Below the pieces are notes generated by a model. It made no database searches and had not been told where the DNA came from. It saw nothing but the letters and a program-made list of their open reading frames with translations. Source: Gemmatimonadota bacterium (GTDB lineage: Bacteria > Gemmatimonadota > Gemmatimonadetes > Palauibacterales > Palauibacteraceae). Taken from it: 64,000 nt of DNA. The translations under genes and the position numbers were made by a program. Shown here piece by piece: positions 56,113 through 64,000 of this stretch (its first letter is position 1; every line of letters starts with the position of its first letter). The DNA is taken from contig OZ220691.1 in assembly GCA_965116475.1 (NCBI GenBank), positions 1,216,001-1,280,000 of the forward strand, given 5' to 3'.

Positions 56113-58760
56113 TCGTCCCATCCATCGACCTGATGGGCGGCCGGGCCGTGCAGCTTCGGCAGGGCTCGACGCTCGAAATCGACGCCGGCGACCCGCGGCC
56201 TCTCGCCGAACGGTTCGCCGTCGCGGGAGAAGTCGCGGTCATCGATCTCGACGCGGCGCTCGGCCGCGGAGACAACGCCGCCGTCATCCGGGAACTGCTC
56301 CGGCTCGCCCCGTGTCGGGTGGGAGGCGGCATCCGGTCCCGCGAGGCGGCGCTCGACTGGCTCGACGCGGGAGCGCGGCGCGTGATCCTGGGCACGGCGG
56401 CGAATCCCGACATCCTGAGCGGACTCCCTGCGGAACGGGTGATCGCGGCGCTCGACGCGCGCGATGGCGAGGTCGTCGTGGAGGGCTGGCAACGCGGGAC
56501 GGGCCGTGACGTCCTCGGGCGGATGGCGGAACTCGACGGCCTCGCGGGCGGCTACCTGGTCACCTTCGTGGAGGTCGAAGGGACGCTGGAGGGGATCCCG
56601 CTGGATCGCGTCGCCGCCCTCGTCGCGGCCGCGGGATCCGCGCGGGTGACGGTGGCGGGAGGTGTCCGCGAGGTGTCGGAGATCGCGGCGCTGGACCGGA
56701 TGGGCGCCGACGCGCAGGTGGGGATGGCGATCTACAGCGGGCGCATGGACCTCGCCGACGCCTTCTCCGCTCCGCTGCGGTCCGACCGGGCCGACGGGTT
56801 GTGGGCGACGCTGGTCGAGGACACGGCCGGTCGCGCGCTCGGGCTCGCGTGGTCGAGCGCGGAGAGCCTCCGCACCGCCGTCAGTGAACGGCGCGGCGTC
56901 TACCAGAGCCGCTCGCGGGGACTCTGGAGGAAGGGCGAGACCTCCGGCGCCACGCAGGAACTCGTCCGCGTGGCGGCGGACTGCGACCGCGACACGCTGC
57001 GCTTCACGGTGCGGCAGCACGGGACCGGCTTCTGCCACACCGGCGCCGCGACGTGTTTCGACGCCGCGCCGTCGCGGATGTCGGCGGCGCTGCCGTCCCT
57101 GTCGGGCATGGGACTGTCCGACCTTGAAACCCGCCTCCGCGATCGGCTCGCCGACGCGGAGGCGGGCTCGCTGACCGCGCGGCTCGCGGGGGACCCCGAA
57201 CTGCTGCGGGGGAAACTCGTCGAGGAAGCGCAGGAACTGGCGGAAGCCGGATCGAAGGCGGAAGCGGTGGCGGAGTTCGCGGACCTGCACTACTTCGCCC
57301 TAACGCGGCTCGTGAACGCCGGCGGCTCACTCGAAGACGTACGCCGCGAACTCGAGCGGCGCGCCCTCAAGGTGCGCCGACGGGCCCCGCGGCTGCCGGG
57401 AGGGCAGACGGGGCGGGCGGCGGCGCCCGCTCCGGCCGCGGCGGGCGCCGCGGGCGCGGTCCTGCCGCCGATCGGCCTCGAGGAGGCCGTGCGGGCGGTG
57501 CGCTCGCCGGCGCTCGATCCCGCGGCCCTCGAGGTCGCGCGGACGATCCTCGACGATGTCGAGCGGCGGGGAGAGCCGGCGCTCCGCGAGCACGCCGAGC
57601 GGCTGGGCGACATCGAGCCGGACGACGACCTACTCCTCGACCGGGCGGCTCTCAAGCGCGCGGCAGAGGCACTGCACGCCGACGACCGCGCGTTGCTGCG
57701 CCGCGTGGCCGACCGGATCCGCGCGTTCGCGGAGGCCCAGCGGGCATCCGCGGATGACCTCGACACGCCGGTCGCCGGCGGCCGCGGCGGCCATCGCCTC
57801 GTACCCGTCGGAGCGGCCGGCTGCTACGCGCCCGGGGGGCGCTTCCCCCTCCCATCCTCGGTGCTCATGACCGCCATTCCGGCGCGGGTGGCGGGCGTGG
57901 CCGGCGTCTGGGCGGCATCGCCGCGCCCGACCGCGGCGGTCCAGGCCGCGGCGTTCATGGCGGGGGCGGACGGCCTGCTCGCCATCGGCGGCGCGCAGGC
58001 GATCGGCGCGCTCGCCTTCGGCGTCGGCGGCGTCTCCCGCTGCGAGAAGATCGTGGGGCCGGGCAACCGGTTCGTCACCGGGGCCAAGCGCCTCCTCTAC
58101 GGCCGGGTAGGCCTCGACACCATCGCCGGCCCGTCCGAGTTGCTCGTCGTCGCCTCGCCGGATGCGTCACCGACGCGCGTCGCGGCCGACCTGCTCGCCC
58201 AGGCCGAGCACGACCCCGACGCCGTCCCGCTTCTGTGCGTCTTCGACGAAGCGACCGTCGAGGCCGTCCGCGAAGAGGCCGGGCGGCAGTTGGCCGCGCT
58301 CCCGACCGCGCCGATCGCGCGTCAGGCCCTGGCGGCCGGCGGCACCCTCCTCGCGGCCAGCCCCGACGAGGCCGCCGCCATCTGCGACGCGTTGGCGCCG
58401 GAGCACCTGCACCTGCACGGGGAGCGGGCCGAGGCCCTCGCCCCCCGCGTCCACCGCTACGGATCGCTCTTCCTGGGCGCGGCCACGCCCGAGGCGGCGG
58501 GCGACTACGGAGCGGGACCGAACCACACGCTGCCCACATCGGGCGCGGCGGCGTTCGACGCGGGACTCTCGGTGTTTTCGTTCCTGCGCCGACCGACGTG
58601 GCTGTCGCTGTCGTCCGACGAGGACGGTTACGAGGAGCTGCTGCGCGACACCGCCGCGCTCGCCCGGCTGGAGGGACTGGAAGCCCACGCGCTTTCAGCG
58701 GAACTGCGGCTCACGGTAGCGGCCCGGGAGGGTCCCGGTCGGACGGCCCGCGCTTCGTGA
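56109..58760 (+). CDS. HisA-HisI-HisE-HisD four-domain fusion (883 aa)
   Basis: HisA: MIVPSIDLMGGRAVQL, VGGGIR; HisI: SRSR.LWRKGETSG, DCDRD, CHTG...CF; HisE: KLVEEAQEL, EFADL.YF; HisD: GPGNRFV, AGPSE, QAEHD, APEHL, GDY..GPNHTLPT. Confidence 0.9.
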   Translation: MIVPSIDLMGGRAVQLRQGSTLEIDAGDPRPLAERFAVAGEVAVIDLDAALGRGDNAAVIRELLRLAPCRVGGGIRSREAALDWLDAGARRVILGTAANPDILSGLPAERVIAALDARDGEVVVEGWQRGTGRDVLGRMAELDGLAGGYLVTFVEVEGTLEGIPLDRVAALVAAAGSARVTVAGGVREVSEIAALDRMGADAQVGMAIYSGRMDLADAFSAPLRSDRADGLWATLVEDTAGRALGLAWSSAESLRTAVSERRGVYQSRSRGLWRKGETSGATQELVRVAADCDRDTLRFTVRQHGTGFCHTGAATCFDAAPSRMSAALPSLSGMGLSDLETRLRDRLADAEAGSLTARLAGDPELLRGKLVEEAQELAEAGSKAEAVAEFADLHYFALTRLVNAGGSLEDVRRELERRALKVRRRAPRLPGGQTGRAAAPAPAAAGAAGAVLPPIGLEEAVRAVRSPALDPAALEVARTILDDVERRGEPALREHAERLGDIEPDDDLLLDRAALKRAAEALHADDRALLRRVADRIRAFAEAQRASADDLDTPVAGGRGGHRLVPVGAAGCYAPGGRFPLPSSVLMTAIPARVAGVAGVWAASPRPTAAVQAAAFMAGADGLLAIGGAQAIGALAFGVGGVSRCEKIVGPGNRFVTGAKRLLYGRVGLDTIAGPSELLVVASPDASPTRVAADLLAQAEHDPDAVPLLCVFDEATVEAVREEAGRQLAALPTAPIARQALAAGGTLLAASPDEAAAICDALAPEHLHLHGERAEALAPRVHRYGSLFLGAATPEAAGDYGAGPNHTLPTSGAAAFDAGLSVFSFLRRPTWLSLSSDEDGYEELLRDTAALARLEGLEAHALSAELRLTVAAREGPGRTARAS

Positions 58761-59160
58761 GGTGGTCGAGGGCACGGTCCACGGCGTCCTTCGTCGAGGC
58801 CGTCATCCCGCCCCGCTCGTACTCCTGCACCGCCAGCCGCTCCAGGCGGTCGACGAGCGCATCGACGCCGGGCCGCGGGGACGACGGCAGGGCGCGGACG
58901 TGATCCGTGGCGCCGAAGAGGTTGATCCAGTACTCCGTCCGGCGCCCCCACTCCAGCAACCCGTAGAACTGCCGGCCCGCCCGGGGCCCGACGCCGAGCA
59001 CATCGAGCAGGGCGACGAAGAGCGAGATCGGCAGCAGCAACGCATCCCTCAGGCCATCGAGAATGAGCTTCAGCTGAAAGACGGCCACGTCGCGGATGAG
59101 CGTCCAGCGCGAGGGCACGATTTCGGGATGCAGGGTTGCTCTGGCCGGAAACTCGTTCAT
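58711..59160 (-). CDS. Hypothetical protein
   Basis: RDVAVFQLKLILDGLRD.LL.P.S and E.WINLFG; coherent coding frame. Confidence 0.65.
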   Translation of the reverse strand: MNEFPARATLHPEIVPSRWTLIRDVAVFQLKLILDGLRDALLLPISLFVALLDVLGVGPRAGRQFYGLLEWGRRTEYWINLFGATDHVRALPSSPRPGVDALVDRLERLAVQEYERGGMTASTKDAVDRALDHLTKRGPSDRDPPGPLP

Positions 59161-59273
59161 CCTGTGTCTCGATTCCTTGATCCGCAAAATAAACTCCGCG
59201 GCTTCGTGTAACCCTCACGTAGCACACAGCCACCACAGATCTACGCCGGTGCCCGCGACCATGGGAGCCATCA

Positions 59274-59876
59274 TTGAACAGCTCGGAGGCAACCGACCGC
59301 ATGCTCGTTCTTCGCGCGCAGGACGGCGAGCGTGCGGCCTTCGGCGAACTCGTCACGCGATACATGCAACGTGCCTACTATACCGCGCTCGGCCTCGTCG
59401 GGAACCACGACGATGCGCTGGACCTCTCCCAGGAGGCCTTCGCCAGGGCGTTCCGCGCCCGCGCCAGGATCGACCCCGAACGTCCCTTCTTCCCCTGGCT
59501 GTACCAGATCATCCGACGACTCTGTTTCAACCATACGCGGGACCAGCGCTTGCACCGCCTGAAACTCGAGACGGCGGGCAGCTGGCTCACGGACACGACG
59601 ATGGGGCGGCGCCCGCTCAGCCCCGATCAGGCGGTGTTGCGTTCCGAGTTGCGCGAACAAGTCGGCGCGGCCATCGAACGTCTGCCGGAGCGGGAGCGGG
59701 AGACTCTCGTCCTGCGAGAGTTCGAGGAACTGCGTTACCGGGAGATCGCCGAGTTGCTGGGCATCCCCATCGGCACGGTGATGTCGCGCCTCTATCGGGC
59801 GCGGCGGTCTCTCGCACGCGAGATGGAGGCGGCGGGAACACGCCCCGACCAGGGGGGAGGTGCCGGCGATGAGTGA
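59274..59876 (+). CDS. ECF sigma-70 factor
   Basis: AFGELV.RY, DLSQEAF, WLYQI, Y.EIAELLGIPIGTVMSRLYRAR. Confidence 0.93.
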   Translation: MNSSEATDRMLVLRAQDGERAAFGELVTRYMQRAYYTALGLVGNHDDALDLSQEAFARAFRARARIDPERPFFPWLYQIIRRLCFNHTRDQRLHRLKLETAGSWLTDTTMGRRPLSPDQAVLRSELREQVGAAIERLPERERETLVLREFEELRYREIAELLGIPIGTVMSRLYRARRSLAREMEAAGTRPDQGGGAGDE

Positions 59877-60339
59877 GAGAAACGTGCATCCGCCCGGCGA
59901 CGAGCGGGTGCGCCAGTTGATGATGGCCGAACTGGACCGGGAGATTTCGGGAGAGGGACGGCGAGAACTCGAGTCCGCACTCGACGAGAACCCGGGTCTT
60001 CGCGACGAACTGGCGACATACCAGCGCCTGAAGGAGGTCACCGACACCATGACTCCGCTGAAGCCGCCGGAGGAAACCTGGGACAGCTACTGGGAACACG
60101 TCTATCGCCGGCTCGAACGCCGCATCGGCTGGGTCCTGGTATCGCTGGGAACGATCATCGTGGGGACATGGGCGCTGTGGACCGCCGTGAGTGAGCTGAT
60201 TCGGGACACGACGCTGCCCGCGTACATTCGCTGGAGCATGCTCGCGCTGGTCGCGGGCTTCGTGATCCTCTTCGTGTCCGTGGTGCGCGAGCGCCTGTTC
60301 ATGCAGAAGAAAGACCCCTACAAGGACGTGGTCCGATGA
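59869..60339 (+). CDS. Putative two-TM anti-sigma factor
   Basis: Overlaps sigma stop; LM..LD.E.S helix bundle without Zn Cys; two TMs; DPYKDV end. Confidence 0.7.
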   Translation: MSERNVHPPGDERVRQLMMAELDREISGEGRRELESALDENPGLRDELATYQRLKEVTDTMTPLKPPEETWDSYWEHVYRRLERRIGWVLVSLGTIIVGTWALWTAVSELIRDTTLPAYIRWSMLALVAGFVILFVSVVRERLFMQKKDPYKDVVR

Positions 60340-60656
60340 TCATCACCTCCCGAAACGACCTCGCCGGACACCGGATCGTCGAGGAATTCGGCCTCGTCCG
60401 CGGCAGCACGATCCGGGCGCGCCACCTGGGCCGCGACATTCTCGCCGGCCTGAAGACCATCGTGGGTGGCGAAATCCAGGAGTACACGAAGATGATGGCC
60501 GAGGCGCGGGAGCAGGCGGTCGACCGGATGGAGGCCGAGGCGGCCGCGGCCGGCGCCAACGCGATCCTCTGCGTCCGCTTCTCCACCTCCTACATCCTGG
60601 GAGGGACCGCCGAAATCGTGGTCTACGGCTCCGCCGTCAAGGTCGAGGAGGCCTGA
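60336..60656 (+). CDS. YbjQ/UPF0145 family protein
   Basis: GRDILAGLKTIVGGEIQEYT, GANAI, YGSAV. Confidence 0.9.
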   Translation: MIITSRNDLAGHRIVEEFGLVRGSTIRARHLGRDILAGLKTIVGGEIQEYTKMMAEAREQAVDRMEAEAAAAGANAILCVRFSTSYILGGTAEIVVYGSAVKVEEA

Positions 60657-60658
60657 CC

Positions 60659-62089
60659 GTGGTCCTGAGAATGATGGTCGCGGCCGGATGTGCGCTCGCC
60701 TCTCCGGTGCTGGCGCAGGAGCCGGATCCGGACCCCGAGGGAAGCGGCGGAGGCGTCGAGGGCAGGTGGGCGGGGTCCGTCGTTCTCCCCACGGGCGAGC
60801 TGCCCTTCTCGGTCACCTTCGAGCGCACGGATGGAGCGAATAACGTGTTCTCCGCCACGATGGACATCCCGGCGCAGGGCGCGATGGGGCTACCCCTCAC
60901 GGCCGTGTCCCACGAGGACGGCCGCGTGCATTTCGAACTCGATACGCCGATCGGTCTCGCCGTGTGGGACGGAGCCCTCGCGGGGGACACGATCGAGGGC
61001 GAGTTCACCCAGGGGGCCGCGGCCGGCACGTTCTCCGTGTCGCGGGCCGACCTTCCGGAAGCGGAGGCGGAAGAACCGCCACCGTACCGGGAGGAAGAGG
61101 TCTCGTTCGAGAATGGTGACGTGCATCTCGAGGGGACGTTGACGCTGCCGGAGGGGACGGGACCGTTCCCGGGCGTCGTCCTGATCACGGGCTCGGGACC
61201 CCAGGACCGGGACGAGGTCGTGGCCGGTTTCGCCGTCTTCCGCCTTCTCTCCGACCACCTCACCCGGCAGGGCATCGCCGTCCTCCGCTACGACGACCGC
61301 GGCGTGGGCGGCTCGACGGGCAGCGTCTCCGGCTCCACCTCGTCCGACTTCGCGGGCGACGCGCTGGCGGGGATCGCCCGACTCTCGGAGCACCCGGACG
61401 TCGACCCCGCGCGTGTCGGCCTCGTGGGACACAGCGAGGGAGCCATCGTGGCGCCCATTGCGGCCTCGCGGTCGGACGCCGTCCGCTTCGCCGTGCTGCT
61501 GGCCGGCTCGACCGTGCCCGGCACCGAGATCCTGTACGAGCAGTCGGCGGCCATCCAGCGCGCGAGCGGCGTGCCCGAGGATCGCATCGAATGGAACACC
61601 GACTTCCAGCGCCGGCTGTTCGCGGCCCTCGACGCGGGGGAGGATATCGAGGCGTATCGCGAGGAGCTCGGGGCCGCAATCCGCGAGGGCATCGAGACCC
61701 TGCCCGAGGCGCAGCGGGCGGCGATCTCCGACGTCGACGCCTACGTACAGGCCCAGATCGACGCGCAGATCGACCGCGTCGAGACGCCCTGGTTCCGCTA
61801 TTTTCTCACGTACGACCCGACCGAAGGTCTCCGGGGCACGCGGGTGCCGGTGCTCGCGCTCTTCGGCGGGCTCGACCTGCAGGTGCTCGCCGACCAGAAC
61901 CGTCCTCCGCTGGAGGAGGCGCTGGCCGGGAACCCGGACGTGACGGTCGAGGTGCTCCCGGGCGCCAATCACCTCTTCCAGGCCGCCACGACCGGGTCCC
62001 CGGCCGAATACGCGCTGCTCGAGAAGCGCTTCGTCGACGGCTTCCTCGAAACGATCTCCGACTGGATCCTCGCCCGCTTCGGGGGCTGA
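60659..62089 (+). CDS. Secreted alpha/beta hydrolase
   Basis: Signal peptide; GSGPQDRD, RYDDRG, GHSEG, DLQV, NHLFQ. Confidence 0.88.
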   Translation: MVLRMMVAAGCALASPVLAQEPDPDPEGSGGGVEGRWAGSVVLPTGELPFSVTFERTDGANNVFSATMDIPAQGAMGLPLTAVSHEDGRVHFELDTPIGLAVWDGALAGDTIEGEFTQGAAAGTFSVSRADLPEAEAEEPPPYREEEVSFENGDVHLEGTLTLPEGTGPFPGVVLITGSGPQDRDEVVAGFAVFRLLSDHLTRQGIAVLRYDDRGVGGSTGSVSGSTSSDFAGDALAGIARLSEHPDVDPARVGLVGHSEGAIVAPIAASRSDAVRFAVLLAGSTVPGTEILYEQSAAIQRASGVPEDRIEWNTDFQRRLFAALDAGEDIEAYREELGAAIREGIETLPEAQRAAISDVDAYVQAQIDAQIDRVETPWFRYFLTYDPTEGLRGTRVPVLALFGGLDLQVLADQNRPPLEEALAGNPDVTVEVLPGANHLFQAATTGSPAEYALLEKRFVDGFLETISDWILARFGG

Positions 62090-62119
62090 CGGTTCGGAGC
62101 TACTGCCGTCGCAACCCGT

Positions 62120-63154
62120 TCACCCGCCGGGCCAGAGGGCGGCCCGCTGCCGGAAGACGGACGGGTTGGCGAGCCACTCCGCAAACCCGGTGCGGCGTTC
62201 GTCGGTCAGCCAGTCGATTCGGGCATCGATGCAGGCCAACAGGTCACGGTCGTCCGCATCCAGCGTGAAGCCTCCGAACTCGACGAGAGAGTCCTGGGCG
62301 GCCACGACGAACGCTCCGCCTGAGCTGTGCGCGGCCTCGCCGCCACGGATCTCCCCGCTGGCCACGGCGTCGATGCGTCCGTCGCGCAGGGCGTCGAACA
62401 ATTCCGTCTCGCCCGACTCCCGGCCGAGGTACACCACCTCGGGCATGTCATCGGATGGGGGGTGAAGGCGGGTCCGGCCCTCCAGGACGGACGATGCCAT
62501 CGCGGGCGTGATCGTATACGTGCCCGTACCGTCCGCCACGACGGTGCCGGCGGGCGTCTCCACGCGCGTCCCCGCTCGGAGCACGCCGGAACCGTCCACG
62601 ATTCCCGTGATCTGGAGCAACCGTGCCTCTCCGGTGCTCCCCGGAAGGACGCCCACGCGCACCGCGCTCGTGAGCGCGTCGTAGGAGGAGAGCCGCGCGG
62701 CGTCCCCGCTTCGTACGAGGAGCGACTGGCGGAACGTGATGTGGCCGGACGTGAACGCGACCGCCGGCGCGCCGGCATCGTCAACCGTCCGCGACTCGAG
62801 AATCGTGATGCCGCCGCCGGCCATGTCGAAGCTGGACGTGGCGGGCAGGAGCCAGATTCCGGGCCAGTCGGCGATCGGGCGGCGCACGAAGGAGAGCCCC
62901 GTGCCGGGCATGGCTTCGAGCGCGCTGAGGAGGTCGGCCTCGTAGCCCATGTGCAGACTGAACCCGGGCGAGTTCGGGTCCTCGTCCGCGCTGTAGCTGA
63001 CGGGGGGGTAATATGCGTAGAACGCCACCGTAAGCCGAGCATCGCCGCACGCCGCCGACGGCTGCGGCTCCACGGCGTCCCCACAGCCCGCACCGACGAG
63101 AGCGAGCCCGGCCAGAAGGGGCCGCACGATCGACTCTGTCACCTTGAACTTCAC
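62120..63154 (-). CDS. Family-3 substrate-binding lipoprotein
   Basis: GAGC lipobox; Y.PVSY, GYEADLL, GGGITI...R, L.DG.IDA. Confidence 0.75.
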   Translation of the reverse strand: MKFKVTESIVRPLLAGLALVGAGCGDAVEPQPSAACGDARLTVAFYAYYPPVSYSADEDPNSPGFSLHMGYEADLLSALEAMPGTGLSFVRRPIADWPGIWLLPATSSFDMAGGGITILESRTVDDAGAPAVAFTSGHITFRQSLLVRSGDAARLSSYDALTSAVRVGVLPGSTGEARLLQITGIVDGSGVLRAGTRVETPAGTVVADGTGTYTITPAMASSVLEGRTRLHPPSDDMPEVVYLGRESGETELFDALRDGRIDAVASGEIRGGEAAHSSGGAFVVAAQDSLVEFGGFTLDADDRDLLACIDARIDWLTDERRTGFAEWLANPSVFRQRAALWPGG

Positions 63155-63316
63155 CTCGGCACCGCTCCCAGCGGTCGGTCCTCAGCGGGCCCGCGTTTTC
63201 GACATGTGTTCGGAAACGGTATTCTTGACGAGCAGGCTCCCGCCAGAGACCGGCATCCCGTGCCCCTGGCGGCCGACGACCGCCCAAGAGACCTGACGCC
63301 AGGAGACTCAGCCGCC

Positions 63317-64000
63317 ATGTACGCCCGATATGCCCGGACCATCACCGGATTCATCGTCCCCGCCCTCTTCGGCATGGCCGTCGGCGGGGGTGCCCCGGCT
63401 GTAGCGAAGGCCCAGTCTCCGGGTGACGACGTGCGGCGCCTCGCCGAGCATCCCGCGGTGCGGAGCGCCTTCGAGATCATCGAGGAACTCGAGCCGAGGA
63501 CGATCCGCGAACTCATCGAGCTCACGGAAGTTCCGGCGCCCCCCTTCATGGAAGACGAGCGCGGCCGGATCTACGCAGAGTGGCTCCGCGAGGCCGGGGC
63601 CGACTCCGTGTTCATCGACGAGGAGGGCAACGCGGTCGGGATCCGGTACGGGCGGGGAGGCGCGCGGGGATCGACGCCGGAGGGGGAGCGGCGGACGGTG
63701 GCGCTGTCGGGACACCTCGACACGGTCTTCCCGGCGGACGTCGACGTGACGGTCACGCAGCGCGGCGACACGCTCTTCGCGCCCGGCATCGGCGACGACA
63801 CGCGCGGCCTCATCGCGGTCCTCACCGTGCTGCGGGCGCTCGAGGCCGCCGGCATCGAGACGGAGGCGGACGTTCGGTTCATCGGGACGGTCGGGGAGGA
63901 AGGGCTCGGCGACCTGCGCGGGATGAAGTACCTGTTTCGCGAGGGCGCGGACCCCATCCACACATGGATCGACATCGATGGCACGGGGCTGGGGAGGATC
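63317..64000 (+). CDS. M20/M25/M40 family peptidase, runs off right edge
   Basis: Manual translation: signal peptide, PAPPFME, SGHLDTVFP, APGIGDD, VGEEGLGDLRG; AGGAG upstream. Confidence 0.88.
   Translation, partial: MYARYARTITGFIVPALFGMAVGGGAPAVAKAQSPGDDVRRLAEHPAVRSAFEIIEELEPRTIRELIELTEVPAPPFMEDERGRIYAEWLREAGADSVFIDEEGNAVGIRYGRGGARGSTPEGERRTVALSGHLDTVFPADVDVTVTQRGDTLFAPGIGDDTRGLIAVLTVLRALEAAGIETEADVRFIGTVGEEGLGDLRGMKYLFREGADPIHTWIDIDGTGLGRI

Overview
GC-rich bacterial chromosomal window. Gene content (alternative complex III, Ig/plant-type LRR lipoprotein, many toxin-antitoxin fragments) suggests a Gemmatimonadota-like, possibly host-associated organism; this is inference only. Left to right: SSS transporter, hydantoinase A and a Tat-exported CocE hydrolase; a solo HEPN gene and a frameshifted amidohydrolase next to tRNA-Pro(GGG); ArsR-methyltransferase regulator and ahcY; an Ig-LRR-metallopeptidase lipoprotein; then an accessory/defence region of about 14 kb (14.4-28.3 kb). 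That region holds two intact PIN toxin-antitoxin pairs, many antitoxin remnants, a DUF3800 gene preceded by a highly structured 264-nt element, an EndoIII-like glycosylase, an AbiU2-like HEPN, and a 4-gene operon (unknown, PIN, MmeI-like RM, CoiA-like nuclease). It ends at a six-tRNA cluster with a 16-bp att-like scar. The rest is mostly core: actABCDEF, sucA, a His-rich metal-homeostasis cluster, a PBP1B-like gene, a his operon with a leader-peptide attenuator and a HisA-HisI-HisE-HisD fusion, an ECF sigma operon and an M20 peptidase. The best novel-system candidates are the DUF3800 + structured RNA module and the PIN-coupled MmeI-like operon. All family calls come from motif recognition by eye; no searches were run.
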